From NCBI GenBank assembly GCA_024137785.1, contig JAHRHZ010000031.1, positions 4,623,684-4,687,683 of the forward strand: a stretch of 64,000 bases of DNA, in the 5' to 3' direction. The translations under genes were made by a program, and so were the position numbers. The DNA is from Ginglymostoma cirratum (lineage: Eukaryota). This document shows positions 1 through 13,367 of this stretch, one piece after another (within the stretch, counting starts at the first letter, position 1; each line of letters starts with the position of its first letter). The notes beneath the pieces were generated by a model that did not search any database, was not told the origin of the DNA, and saw only the letters and a program-made list of their open reading frames with translations.

Positions 1-420
1 CTTAGAAAGGGAGTTTCAGAATTTTGACTCAGTGACAGAGAAGGAATGCTAGCATAGTTCCAAGTCAGAATAGTATATGACTTGCATCAGTGGGGGAGGG
101 AATGAATGTTCAAGGTTTTGGATGTAGTGCCAATCAACTGGACTGCTTTATCCTAAATGATGTAAAGTTTCTTGAGTGTCATTGGAGCTCCACTCATTCA
201 AACAAGTTAGAAATTTCATCACATTCCCGACTTGTGCTTTGTAGATGGTGGACTGGATTCGGGAGTCAGGAGGTGAGTTACTAATTGCAGAATTCCTAGC
301 AACTCGTACCTGCAACTCTTGCTACCGTATGCATATGGCTGGTCCACTACAACTGTCAGTCAATGGTAATACCCAGGGTGATGATCATTGGCGATTCAGT
401 CATGGTAATGCAATTGACCT
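1..420 (-). mobile_element. Decayed non-LTR retrotransposon ('LINE family B', CR1/L2/Crack-group), RT C-terminal part
   Basis: Reverse complement resembles the plus-strand copy at 6340-7050. The same element resumes at about 1036 after a CR1 insertion. Confidence 0.6.
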
Positions 421-429
421 TTAAGTCTT

Positions 430-1030
430 TAAGATCATAACACATAGGAGCAGAAACAGGCCATTCATTCAATGAGATCATGGCTAATATGATAATCTTT
501 AACTCCACTTTCCTCCCTTTTCCCAATAAACGTAATCCCCTTACAGATAAAAAAAACCTGTCTACCTCAGCCTTGAATTTAATGACCCAGCCTCAAGAGG
601 AAGTTCCTCCTTACCTCAGTCTTAACTGAGTGACTGCTTACACTGACAATATGCTGTCCAGTCCTAGACTCTCTCACAAGAGGAAACAAGCTTTCCTTGT
701 CTATCCTGAGAGGTACCCCGAGAATCCAAAAGGTTTCAATAAGGTCACTTCTCATTCTTCTAAACTCTAATGAGTACAAACCCAACACTCCATAACCTTT
801 ATCAACTTTCTGAAGATTCTCTGTATTGCTTCCAACACTAGTATATCTTTCCTTCACTGTTCTAGATGTGGTATAACTAATGTCTTGCATAGTTTTAATA
901 AGACTTCCCAATTTTTATATTCCATTCCCTTTGAAATAAAAAAGGATAATATTCCATTTGCCTTCCCTATTACACAATGAACTTGGATATTCTCTTTTTG
1001 TGATTTATGCACAAGGACTTCAAAATCCTT
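430..1030 (-). mobile_element. CR1 LINE 3' fragment nested in LINE family B
   Basis: ORF 579-911(-) contains LGLYSLEFRRMRSDLIETF, the CR1 ORF2 C-terminus. The CR1 3' tail ('taagatcataacacataggagcag') lies at about 430. Confidence 0.85.
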
Positions 1031-1035
1031 TTATT

Positions 1036-2045
1036 TAGTGCAAATGTTAGTTCCTACACCTTATCAGGCCAAGCCTGGATGTTAACCAGGTCTGGCTGTA
1101 TATGGACATGGGTGGATTCAGTATCTAAGGAGTCGTGATTGGAGCTGAAGACTGTAATCATCAGCAAACATCCCATTTCTGACCTTATGATGGAGAGAGA
1201 GTTGTTGATGAAGCAACAGAAGATGGTTGAGTCTAAGACACTATCCTAAGAAACACCTACAGAGATGTCCTGGAATTGAGATGGTTTACTGCCAACAAAA
1301 GCATTTTTTTTAATGCTTAATTTTAACTAGTGGAGTTTACTCTCCCCAATTCCCATTGATTCTTGATGGTGTACTCACCAAATGCTGCTTTGATGTCAAA
1401 GGTAGACCCTGTCACTTCACCAAGAAGTTCACCTTCTTTGTTTATATTTGGGCCATGGTTGGAATGAGGTCAGGAATCAAATGGCCCTGGAGAAAACCAA
1501 ACCAAGCATCAGTCATCATGTTATTCCTTTGCAAGTATCATTTGGTAGTGCTGGCAATGACCCCTTTGATCACCTTGCTGAGGATTGAAAGTGGACGGAT
1601 AGGACAGTATTTGGCCAGGTTCAATTTGTCCCACTTTTATGCACAGGGTGTGTCTGGACGATTGTCCACTTTGGAGGATTTCAGTGTTGCCACTGGCACT
1701 TGTACATGAACAGCTTGGTTAGGTGTATGGAAAATTTTGGAGCACAAGTCTTCATTGCTGAATGTTGTCATGGCTCATAGCTTTTTTAAGTATTCAGTGC
1801 CTTCAGCATTTTCTCAATATCACATGGAGTGAATTGAATTAGTTGAAAACTAGCATCTGTGATCCTGAGGACCTCAGGAGTGAGGTGCGACAGATCATCC
1901 CATTGCCATTTCTCACTGAAGATGGATCTAAATACTTCAGTCATGCCTCTTGTGTTGGTATCCCTCAGTATTGAAGATGGAGATGTTTATGGAGTATCCA
2001 ATTACTGTTAGTTGTCTAATTGTCCTTCACCAGTCAGCCTGTTAT
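1036..2045 (-). mobile_element. LINE family B, decayed RT region (continuation of 1-420)
   Basis: Minus strand gives RT-like relics, including an FADD-like motif from 'atcatcagcaaaca' and a DIKAAF-like motif from 'aatgctgctttgatgtcaa', with many frameshifts. Confidence 0.6.
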
Positions 2046-2079
2046 TGGCTGCTTCTCTTTTATTGGAAGAGAATATTCC

Positions 2080-4285
2080 ATACGTGGAATGCCTACAGGA
2101 TGGCTTTTTGGAACAGCTTGTGATGGAGCCCACAAGGGAGCAGGCTATTTTGGACTTAGTGCTATGTAATGAGCCAGACTTTATCAAAGATCTTAAAGTA
2201 AGGGAACACTTAGGAGGCAGCGATCATAATATGGTAGAGTTCAGTCTGCGGTTTGAAAGAGAGAAGGCAAAATCAGATGTAATGGTGTTACAGTTAAATA
2301 AAAGTAATTATAGGGGCATGAGAGAGGAACTGACAAAAATCGACTGGAAGCAGAGCCTAGCGGGGAAGACAGTAGAACAACAATGGCAGGAGTTTCTGGG
2401 TGTAATTGAGGACACAATACAGAGGTTCATCCCAAAGAAAAGAAAGATTATCCGGGGGAGGATTAGACAGCCATGGCTGACAAAGGAAGTCAAGAAACGT
2501 ATCAAAGAAAAGAGACAGCCTATATAGTGGCCAAGAGCACTGGGAAATCAGAAGATTGGGAAGGGTACAAGAACAAACAGAGGATAACAAAGAGAGAAAT
2601 AAGGAAGGAGAGGATCAAATACGAATGTAGGCTAGCCAGTAATATTAGAAATGATAGTAAAAGTTTCTTTCAATACATAAGAAACAAACGAGAGGCAAAA
2701 GTAGACATTGGGCCACTCCAAACTGATGCTGGAAGGCTAGTGAAGGGAGATAAGGAAATAGCTGAAGAACTTAATAAGTATTTTGCGTCAGTCTTCACAG
2801 TGGAAGACATGAGTAATATCCCAACAATTAAGGAGAGTCAGGGGGCAGAGTTGAGTATGGTAGGCATTAGAAAAGAGAAAGTGCTAGAAAAGCTAAAAGG
2901 TCTAAAAATTGATAAATCTCCTGGCCCCGAGGGGCTGCATCCTAGAGTTCTGAGGGAGGTGGCTGAGGAAATAGCAGAGGCGTTGGTTGTGATCTTTCAA
3001 AAGTCACTGGAGTCAGGGCAAGTCCCAGAAGATTGGAAAATCGCTGTTGTAACCCCCTTGTTTAAGAAAGGATCAAGTCAAAAGATGGAAAATTATAGGC
3101 CGATTAGCCTAACCTCGGTTGTTGGTAAAATTCTAGAATCCATCGTTAAGGATGAGATTTCTAAATTCTTGGAAGTGCAGGGTCGGATTAGAACAAGTCA
3201 GCATGGATTCAGTAAGGGGAGGTCATGTCTGACAAACCTGTCAGAATTCTTTGAGGAGGTAACAAGTAGGTTAGACAAGGGAAACCCAGTGGATGTTATC
3301 TATCTAGACTTCCAAAAGGCCTTTGATAAGGTGCCTCACGGGAGGCTGCTGAGTAAGGTGAGGGCCCAAGGTGTTCGAGGTGAGTTACTGGCATGGATTA
3401 AGGATTGGCTGTCTGACAGAAGGCAGAGAGTTGGGATAAAAGGCTCTTTTTCGGAATGGCAACCGGTGACAAGTGGTGTCCCGCAGGGTTCAGTGTTGGG
3501 GCCGCAGCTGTTCACCTTATATATTAATGATCTGGATGAAGGGACTGGGGGCAGTCTGGCGAAGTTTGCTGATGATATGAAGTTGGGTGGACAGGCAGGT
3601 AGTACGGAGGAGGTGGGGAGGCTGCAGAATGATTTAGACAGTTTAGGAAAGTGGTCCAGGAAATGGCTGCTGAAATTTAACGTGAGCAAATGCGAGGTCT
3701 TCCACTTTGGAAAAAAGAATACAGGCATGGACTATTTTCTGAACGGTGAGAAAATTCATAAAGCCGAAGTACAAAGGGATCTGGGAGTGCTAGTACAGGA
3801 TTCTCTAAAGGTTAACTTGCAGGTTGAGTCTGTGATTAAGAAAGCGAATGGAATGTTGTCATTTATCTCAAGAGGGTTGGAATATAAAAGCAGTGATGTG
3901 CTTCTGAGACTTTATAAAGCTCTAGTTAGGCCCCATTTCGAATACTGTGTCCAATTTTGGGCCCCACACTTCAGGAAGGACATACTGGCACTGGAGCGTG
4001 TCCAGCAGAGATTCACACGGATGATCCCTGGAATCGTAGGCCTAACATACGATGAATGGCTGAGGACCCTGGGATTGTATTCATTAGAGTTTAGAAGGTT
4101 GAGGGGGGGCCGGGATGTTGAATGTCTTCAAGGCATTGATAAATTCTTGATCTCGCAAGGAATCAAGGGCTACGGGGAGAGTGCGGGTAAGTGGAGTTGA
4201 AATGCTCATCAGCCATGACTAAATGGCGGAGTGGACTCGATGGGCCGAATGGCCTTACTTCCACTCCTATGTCTTATGGTCTTAT
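2080..4285 (+). mobile_element. Young 5'-truncated CR1 LINE (end of APE domain, RT, 3' UTR)
   Basis: ORFs 2012-2527 (EPTREQAILDLVLCNE, LGGSDHNMV) and 2473-4200 are joined by one frameshift. The 3' tail is 'cctatgtcttatggtctta'. Confidence 0.95.
2473..4200 (+). pseudogene. CR1 ORF2 reverse-transcriptase reading frame (575 aa, truncated, internal deletion near the C-terminus)
   Basis: Motifs NYRPISLTSVVGK, QHGF, YLDFQKAFDKVPH, GVPQGSVLGP, KFADD and YCVQFWAP. Confidence 0.92.
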
Positions 4286-4289
4286 TGTA

Positions 4290-4495
4290 CCTTCAGCTGC
4301 TAAGCTTCATATTCCAGAACTTCTTTCCTAAACCTCTCCAATCCTTCACCTTCTCCAAATGCAGTTATTTAACCAATCTTTTGCTCATCCTTCTAATCAT
4401 GCTGTATCCTTTTATTATTTTTATGCCCTGTAGAACATCTTCTGATGGTTTTTTAATGTTAAAGGCACTATATAAACACCGGTCATTGTTGTTAT
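4290..4495 (+). mobile_element. Probable L2 LINE 3' tail relic
   Basis: Ends '...aatgttaaaggcactatataaacacc...ttgttgtt', an L2-type tail. Heavily decayed. Confidence 0.45.
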
Positions 4496-5266
4496 CCACC
4501 TCTTTAGAATATTTCAAGCAAGATTTATACTTAGTGAACATGACTGTGAATAAAAGTTGCGTTAAAACATATTTGGTGGCCTCCCTGGAGCCCAGCCTAA
4601 TTGGCTATCAGCTGAAATTATGCATGAAGGCACACATGACAGTTTCTCTACTAGAGATTAAGGGTTCTGCATTTTAATTGACTGCTAACACTTTTATAAC
4701 CGACTGTGGTTTCTTAATACTTTCTATAAGCTTGTTAAAACGTTTGAAAAATAGTTTGCTACTTCAGGTATTTGGTTTTGCAAACAATATAACAAACATG
4801 TTATATATATCAATTTTAGATCGAGACTATGAATTGTAAATTTACCACGTTGTCGTTGTGGGAGAAAATCATTAAATAATATTAACAGTCATCTTATTTT
4901 GAAATGTTGGAGATGGAAGGATTCTCAAAAGTTCAGGGTTAAACCATAAGAATTATTAAGATTAAGAATAGACCTTTAGGTTCTGAGTGACCAATTTTAT
5001 AGATCTCAGTGTACTTGTTTTCCCATCAATCCCTTCTTACCGCAAAATTATACTTAAATTATACTTTAGTAGACATTATCTGGTATCTATCATGCTTAAT
5101 ATTTCTAACATCTTAAATTTGTGTTTCAATGTCCTTAGAGCAATAATTTTTTAAACTAGTGATATGTATTTTTAAAAGACAGAAGTGGAGACTATTAAAA
5201 TATGATTTCATATTTAATGCCTTTTACTGTGACAAGAAAGGTAAAATCAACTTCAACTAAACATTA

Positions 5267-5550
5267 AAAACCGAAAGAGCTGCGGATGCTGTCCATCAGA
5301 AAAAAAACAGAAATTGCTGGAAAAGCTCAGCAGGTCGGGCAGAATCCGTGGAGAGAAATCAGACTTAATGTTTCTGGTTGAGTAATGCTTCCTCACAGCT
5401 GATAGTAGCTAGGAAAAGCTACCTAGGAAAAGGTTTTCCTAGCTACCATCAGTTCTGAGGAATGGTCACTTGACTCAAAGCGTTAACTCTGATTTCTCTC
5501 CACAGATCCTGACAGACCTGCTGAGCTTTTCCAGCAATTTCTGTTTTTGG
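5267..5550. mobile_element. Penelope-like (family B) fold-back pLTR insertion with 15-bp TSD
   Basis: Perfect direct repeat ttcaactaaacatta at 5252-5266 and 5551-5565. Arms at about 5267-5417 and 5434-5550 are reverse complements. The sequence matches the pLTR downstream of the GIY-YIG relic at 26940-27090. Confidence 0.9.
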
Positions 5551-6339
5551 TTCAACTAAACATTACTTGTTAAACAAGTAATACACTAAACTATGGAAAA
5601 GTTGTACCCATAAAATTCATAATATCAAAAAATACATGCCATATTGAAACATACGCACTCATCTGAAATGCAGTCTTACGATTAAAGTCCCAAGCTCCTT
5701 CCAGCTTTTGTAGATTATCTTATCTCTCTGCTCCAAGAGCATGAATCTTTCCTTTAAATAAAGTTCCTTCTACCAATTTTTTGAGCTAGTCAAATGGCCT
5801 TCTAATAACAAAGCATCTGTTGGTGTCTCTTTTACTCTCAACATGCTTTGCTTCACTGAACCAGGAATCCTTCCTCAACAGCAGTCCCTTTGTTGGTTAA
5901 CCCCAGAAAAGTCCTTTATATCTTCCTCACACAGAAGCACCACTTGTCAGTCCTCTTCTCAACATTGTGCCATCTGACTGACTGTGAAAATGTGCATACA
6001 GTAAGGCCAGCTGTCTCCCGTTTAGTCTCACAATTTTAAAGATTGTATCACACTTTTCATAATAAGCAGGTGCCATGAGTTTGTTTCCACACTCATTTTG
6101 TATGAAGGTCACATAGGCATGTCCCAAGAAAATTTTATAGGCCATCAGATTCTCCACTCCAATCTATTCCATTTTGCATCGAATTAAAGACGACATTTTA
6201 AAATACAGCCATCTTATAAGTCCAGCATTTGTAACAGTTCTGACATTGGTGTTTCAGCTGGTCGAAATGAACAAATGGCATGTTTGTAGTAATGCTAATT
6301 GTGCTCAAGTGTTGTGAACAATCTACTTTTAATTCAAAA

Positions 6340-7050
6340 TTGCATAACATCCAGTGCCAAGCAATAAAAATCTCTACCATGATGGAATCAAACCATTCTC
6401 TATTGACATTCAATGGCATTACTATCACTGAATCCCCTGATATTAATATCTAGAGGTTACCATCGACCAGAAATTTAACTGGACAACCCAATGAATACTG
6501 AGATGACAAGAGCAGATCAGATGCTAGAATTCCTAAAGCCTGCCCACTGTCACACACGAAATAAGGGATTTTGGTGGAATCCTCATCATCTGTTTTGATG
6601 AGGACAGTTCTAACGACACTCAAGAAACGTAACGTTATCCAGGACACAATAGCCTACATGCTCACACCACTAAGCAGCACCTTAAGCATTCATTCCCTGT
6701 ATTACTACCATATAGTGACAGCAAGTGTAGCATCTACAAGACTATCTACAGCATCTGATCAAGATTCCTTTGACAGCGTCTTCCAAACCCGCAGTCTCTA
6801 CAATCTAGAGATTGTAACAAAGGCAGCTGATGCATAGGCACAACACCACCTGCAAGTTCCCGATAAATCACATACCAGCCTGGCTTGGAACTATATCTCA
6901 GTTCGCTGAGACTAAGAGCTGTGACTTTCATTGTGACCATACCAACATGATGTAGATTAAAATGGTTGAATTAAATGGCTCACCAACACCTTCTTAGTGG
7001 CATTTATGGTATGGTCAATAAATCTTGGCCTTGCCAGTGATAACTACATT
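6340..7050 (+). mobile_element. LINE family B 3' portion with 3' tail
   Basis: Decayed ORF relics (LTFNGITITESP..NI; TTLKKRNVIQD..AYMLTPLSSTLSIHSL). Tail 'caataaatcttggccttgccagtgat' is shared with the family B SINE. Confidence 0.7.
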
Positions 7051-7239
7051 CTACCCTGCACTGTTGTCAATGATTTCCTTCAAACATTTCACTTCAGCAA
7101 TCCATTGAAATTCAAATTTCTCCTAGATAACATCTGTTTTCTTTAGGTCTAATAGTATGTCACCTTCTGCAAACATCAAACCATTTTATACTTTTCATAT
7201 ATTGCACGAGAAAATGATCATCAATTTTATTTGCCTTTC

Positions 7240-7580
7240 AGAACAGCAAGGCATCACAATATTATTCTAGTTTATTAAGCGCTTTTGAAATGTACTGATT
7301 GGTGAAATGCATGTAAAGGTGATAACCAATTGCCCACAGCTAGGTCCCAGAAACAACAATGAGATAATTGTCTGGCTTCATGATGTTGATTGAGATATAC
7401 CTGATAGCCAGGACACCCAGAGAACCCAAGTCTTTTACTTTAAACAGGACGGATAACTCGTATACATTTGCCTAACTGAGCTGTTGAGGCCTGAGTTTAA
7501 TGTACTATTTGGAAGATGTCTCTTTGATGTGGCTGCTTCAGTGTCAGTCAAAATCAACTGCACAAGTATCTGGGGTTTGA
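7240..7580 (-). mobile_element. Decayed Deu-domain-like SINE
   Basis: Reverse complement resembles 8335-8755 and 43720-43975. Confidence 0.5.
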
Positions 7581-8059
7581 TTTTTTTATACACTCCATTA
7601 CATTTGACTATATATATCCATTAAGATGTCATCTAACATGCTGAGGGCGTTTTCTATTCCTTGCGATCAAAAATTTCTTGATATTTTTGCTGTCTCAAAA
7701 ATTCAATGTTTTACATCACTTCAGAGTAATGATGGTCTTCTGATTTCAGGTCAAATTTGAAGTTATGGACAATCTACTATCACTGTAACAATTTAATATT
7801 CAATGGTGACTCATGTCAACCTTGTTTGAATTTCTTTCAGCGTCTATGATCACTTTTAATTAAGCCATATTAATCCTATATTTTGGTGCAACCACTTTTG
7901 TAAAACATATAAATTCTCCATTCTATCATCTTCTGTTAGTTTATCTTTTTTCTGAGATTTCTTTGTGGGTAGGAATCAGGATTCCTTACATTACCTTACA
8001 ATTGGTGGCTTGAATTTATGTCTTTGTAATTTTAACTTTTACTCATTACTACAGCAAAG

Positions 8060-8300
8060 GGGGAAATGTTGACACAGTGCAACATGTTACTGAACTGGTA
8101 ATCCAGAGGCATTGACTAATATTCTGAGGGCATACAGGTTCAAGTCCTGTCATTACAACTGATAGAATTTAAATAGAACTAATAAATCTGGAATTGAAAG
8201 CTAGCCGTGAAAATATTATCAATTGTTATCAAAATCCATCAGGTCCATTAATGTCCTGATGGTCAGAAGGATATTTGAATAGGTGAGTTTTTAACCTCTG
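8060..8300 (+). mobile_element. Decayed tRNA-derived SINE (family B)
   Basis: Similar to 36119-36470 ('taatccagag', B-box-like 'ggttcaagtcc', 'aataaatctggaattgaaagcta'). Confidence 0.6.
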
Positions 8301-8334
8301 AAATGGATCCTCATGACCAAACTGAAAAATAAAA

Positions 8335-8755
8335 CAATCTGGATCAGAATGCTATGGATTCAAATTCTGTTCCAAAGATTTGAGCGCATAAGCTGTGATG
8401 ACAAATCAGTGCAGTACTAAATTTGCCCTGCAGTGATGGAAGTGTTGCCTTTTAGATGAATAAGCCTTGCTGATCCTCTCAAATAGACATAATAGATCTG
8501 ATGGCATTATTTTTGCAAATAAGCAGAGGGGTTATCTTGACCAATAGCTGTCTTTCAACCTATAGCACTAAAATAAGTTATGAGGTAATTTACCCTATTG
8601 CTGCTTTGGGAATTTTTCTTGGATCTTGATTGCCTGCTGTGCTTATATTGGCCACAACAGTGACTATGCCTCTCAAGAACTTTATTGGCTATGAGCAGTT
8701 TTGGGACATAACATTGTCACAAAAGGTGCCAAATCAAGACAAATTCTTTCTCTTG
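8335..8755 (+). mobile_element. Deu-domain-like SINE with L2-type tail
   Basis: B-box-like head 'ggattcaaattc', central 'cagtgcagtact...', and a 3' part 'acaacagtgacta...attggctatgagcagttttgggaca...aaaggtgc' that resembles DeuSINEs. Confidence 0.6.
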
Positions 8756-10149
8756 TCCAGCAATTTATTTAGTAGTGCCTTTCTAGATATTTGGAAACTC
8801 CTTGCATTCTTCATAAACAGAATTCTTTGTTTTCACTTCATTTGCACCACCACTGTCTGAAGGATTGTAAGAGACTGAATATTTTTATTATTGTACATTC
8901 AGTCTATAATAAATAAGATTTGACATAGAAATTATGTCTTTTCCTGATTTCTTTTACACAAAACAGATACTGCTCCTCTTCTGAATGACCATATATTATG
9001 TTGTGTGTTTGAGATGGTGGACATTGCCTTTTTGCTAATTTCCCCCAATAAGCCCTGATTTTAACACAAGGCATGCAGTTCAACTGAAATAATGACCGGT
9101 CTTCAAAATTGGCCAGCATCACCACCAGTGTCACAGTGTTGAGTGTTACCACTCTCCAACACTCCATTCCCATCTCCGTGCCGATATTGAAGCCTTTATC
9201 TTGCTTTAATTTACAGGAATGATGACAGTGTGAAAAATGACTCTCTTTTTCTGGGCTCTTGCCAAAGGGGCAAATGTGTTTTTACAGAAATAATCATCAT
9301 TGCCTCTAGCTTTTGTGCAATCTTGTTTTATCTCCCTGTCTTTAATATTTAGCTTTCTAACAGTGATATTAGCTCATTTTCCACACTTTTGAATATGCCT
9401 TCTGATATGATATTTCTGAAATCTGCTTGACCATACAAGATCTAGCATTTTAACTTAATCACGTACCTACTTGTACATTCCATCTTTCATATTATTAGAA
9501 ACAACAATTTTCTGAGTATCCTACAGGCTAAGAACATTTCTTATATTTTTCCCCCACAATATTGCAAAGTAAAACTTGTTTTTCCTCAGGTTCAGAAAGA
9601 ATAAAATCAACCGTGCCCCTTCTTTGATTATAAGTGAGATGGGTCAGAGTCAGCACTCAATACAATCAGGTCATATATGTTGAAATCTTAGATATATGCT
9701 CCAATCATGTCCATTTGAATAATTAGATTGTGAATTTCTTTAGGATTACTCTAATGAGGTGAAGGTGGTGTTATCATATCCTTTGTATATGTGTCCAAAA
9801 CTGTTAATACTGAGGAACACCATTGGCAACATTCACTTTGATGGACTTGTGTGCAGAACAGCTTTGGATCTCAAAAGGTTGAGACCTACCATCTGGTCTT
9901 TCAGAAAGACTCTGTAACAACGTCTGTTATAACTGGTTGCTAATATGCAATACATAGGCAATACAAAACTTGTCTAGTTAGACCAGGAAGTGGTTTTCCT
10001 CTATCACATTAGACCAAACAGGCCTTTAGTTTCCTACACTTAAAGAGGGTGGTGGCAACAACTTCATCATGAGCAGCAGCTGATGAACTGTCGTTCCCTT
10101 ACAACAGAAAACTTATATTCTATCTGCAAAAATGACTCTGAGCTTCCTG

Positions 10150-10700
10150 TTGTTTGCCACTTTGACACACTACTGTGTTCCTTTCCCAGCATCTCTATCC
10201 CAGGCTTGTTGCAGTGTTCCAGCAAAGCTCATTGTAAACAGAAAGAATAGTATTTCATTTTTTTGCTTGAGGACACTGCAGCCTTTGGGACTCAGTATCG
10301 AGTTCAACAATTTTAGGGCTTGAGTGCCCTTGCCCGTGCCCTTACACCGACTCCACATACCAGGCCTTGCCATCACATGGGCTGTTAACCACAACCATCC
10401 CATTGTCAGTTACTAATGGTCCCATTAGCAGTTAATGATTTTCCCCAGGCTGACCTCTACCCATTCCTTTGTCTGTCCAACTGTTGTTCTGCCTATCTCT
10501 TTGCTTCATCTCCACCTATTGTTTCCTCCTTCCTACTTCCCCTTTCCCCCAGCCCATCCTTAGCAAAGGCACTAACTGTTTCCTAGCTACAATCAGTTCT
10601 GAAGAAGGTTCACTGGACCCGAAATGTTAGCTCTGCTTTCTCTCCATAGATGCTATCAGACCTGCTGAGTTTTCTCAGCCATTACTGTTTTTGTTCCCCA
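10150..10700 (+). mobile_element. Penelope-like (family B) 3' fragment: GIY-YIG C-terminus plus pLTR
   Basis: LRTLQPLGLSIEFNNFRA (ORF 10132-10323) is the PLE endonuclease C-terminus. The pLTR with a hammerhead-like motif follows. Confidence 0.85.
10595..10632 (+). ncRNA. Degenerate minimal hammerhead ribozyme motif (PLE family B)
   Basis: agtt-CTGAAGA-aggttcactggaccc-GAAA-tgtt-agct. The core boxes are intact and the stem III palindrome ACGT is altered to ATGT. Confidence 0.55.
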
Positions 10701-11669
10701 TACAACACAGTAGGCAGGTGTCTGGATTTTATTGGACTGCTCATTGTACTTGGTGAGCCCCACTGTGACATCTTCAACTCTGTTTTCAGTTATCTACTCA
10801 TACAACATACTGAGCTGCAGGGAACAGCTAAAGATCTAAGAATCAGTAGAAGAAATCCTCATGGCAGTTCTCAACACAGAACAATGCTCTAGCGAATGGA
10901 AATGTGTTTCAGACTTAGTAAAAGACATGCTGCGACAGGAGACTGAGCAACGCTTCAGAGAAGAAGAACTCTTAAGCAGGTACAGGCTGTGTTACAAGGT
11001 AGTGGTCATTGAGTGTTGTCCCAAGTCAGAGTTGTGTGGTGAGTGACATCAGAGGCTCCATGAGTAAATCATAAAATCCTTGGTCATCGGGAAACTTTAA
11101 GATGGTGCAGTAATTCAGACTGGAAATGTGAGAGTTTACGAAATGACTTATAGCTCAGACTGAGTGTGACCACCACAGTGAGTGAAATGGCACTAAAGAG
11201 CCAGACATTAAATATTAATTCAAGGTCACAGACCCTGGTGCTTGATGAAAGTAGTTTCTGAAGTAATCACATTGGGCAGATTAAAACCGAAGGAGGTCTG
11301 GTCTAATGGAATCAAAGTGTTTGGAAGACTTAATTCAGCCACAGGAAAGACAGAAGTTTTTCAACAGAGTCACGACAAAGATAGAATTCATTTATTTCAA
11401 TTACAGGGAGAAGGAATCATTCAGTAAGACCATGATTAAAGTGCAAGTCATTTATCAAAGTCAAGAGCAGGGGAATTCTGCTAAACCACCAGTAATTATT
11501 CATTTTATCCATAAGAAGGTGGAAATCCTCCATTTTAACTGTAAAGTGTGGGAAAATATAGTAGCAAAGAGCAGAAGTGTCACTACTAAGGTGAAATACT
11601 TCTATTTTAAGCAAACAAAATATATAATCACATCAGGAAAACATCACAGCTGATATCATATTGTCAAGA

Positions 11670-12380
11670 CAACTTAATTTCAGATTTGACCCAAACAGAG
11701 CATAGAATTGGGCATCTTGGAGAAAACAATTTCTGAGATGCAGAATAGATTTAAAAGTATATATTATATCAACAGTTGAATAAGTAAATATACTGCTATA
11801 CACGATTGGGAACATAGTGGATGATGTTATAAACTGTCAAGGTGTTAAAGAAGCAAAAGTTACTTTTGAAGAAGTACAGAAGATTTTGACAATTATTTTC
11901 ACCACTAAACTCAAAGTTTTTGATAAGGTAAGATTTAGTAGAAGGGTTCAGCACCCAGGGAATATATAGATGAATGATCACTAGCTATAAGTGGAGAAAT
12001 GCGACCCGGAAGACATTAGGTTACAATTCATATGAAACTGAATTTTTGTAGGAATTATTGATGAGACTTTATCTGATTTATTACAGTTTAAAGAAGACTT
12101 CAGGGAAACAATTGAGTTGGTCAGTGAGTCAGTGGTCTGGAAGTAGTACAGATCAATCCTAAGGGAAGACAGGAGATCCATTCAATTCTTAAGGTACCAA
12201 AAATGGCATAGATGAGTGAGTACAGTGAGTAGTACTGAAACCAGGCAATAAAAGTCCTGCCACCACTGGGAAGCAAAAGAAATTTCACACAGACAGACAG
12301 TGCCCAGTTATTCAAAGTGAATGCTTTATCTCTCAACAAAATGTTGCTTTCAGGAATTGTGCAGAACTGGGATATAGTTT
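11670..12380 (+). mobile_element. Gypsy LTR-retrotransposon gag relic
   Basis: Frameshifted translation gives RFSRRVQHPG, IFVGIIDETLSDLLQFKEDF, and a zinc-knuckle-like HTDRQCP...EC. Confidence 0.65.
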
Positions 12381-13367
12381 CGGAAAAGCAGGAAATCAAA
12401 TGTGTTAATGAGGTATAACAAAAGAAAACCATAAAGCATTCCTGTGGGAAATACTTAATACAAACCTTATCTTGTGTCATGTTGCTAATTATGTTAATGG
12501 TCATCTCATAGATTTCAAGTTAGACACCAGGGCGTGTATCATTATATCATCAGATAGTGAGCCTGGCTAAGAAAACACTGCCTACAATCAACAGCAGTAC
12601 AACTGTATCGTCCAGGAGGCATTGTACTTAATATTACAATGATACTACATGCAAATCTCCAGTACTGGGCATGGCAAACTGTAGAAATCCTACACACACT
12701 TTACCATCAAGTATTTTTCACTCTTGAATCAGAAGGCATATCTTAATCTTGTTATAAAATGATCTCCTATTTAATAAATTTTATGAACTTGAGTTTAAAG
12801 AATTGTGGAGGTCTACATTTTTAAAAGTTTAATAAAAAGACAAACTGAATTTATTTTAATACGAGGCATTTATTAAAAACCGTAGTTCCAGATAATTGCT
12901 GTCTTGATTTATTTAGATTACTTTACAGAAAACTTCTGATTGTTTCATGAATGGGTTTATGGTTATTCTGTTAAAGCTGTGTTTGTAGATTATGGTTTGC
13001 ATTTGATTTGTCAGTTGGAAAAAGCCTATTTTGGACCGAACTGCTAGCTCATTTCTCTTATTTCTGAAACACCTTTGCTGTGAGATCAGGATGGAACCTG
13101 ATAGCTCTCGAGTGACTGGAAGAAAAAAAAACTCAATATTTTAATTCCTGAGCATGCTGTGTCTATCAAGTCCCCAGAGACAATTATGCATATCTAGAGA
13201 CTTAACCATATGTGCAAGAACGCCAGACTGACAAACCCCAGAATATTCTATGTATTATTATTTTCCTTTTGTTTTTAGAATCACCACCATTAGCCAGAAA
13301 GATGTTTTTATTCATTGAATTTCGAAAGGGAGAAATCTGCTTTTTCTTATTCCGCATAAACTGAAGA

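Noticed and set aside
10900-11420. Additional Gypsy protease relic ('FKVTDPGA' resembling FKxDTGA)
   Set aside because: Similarity is too short and decayed to list as a feature, and its position upstream of gag does not fit the neighbouring element.
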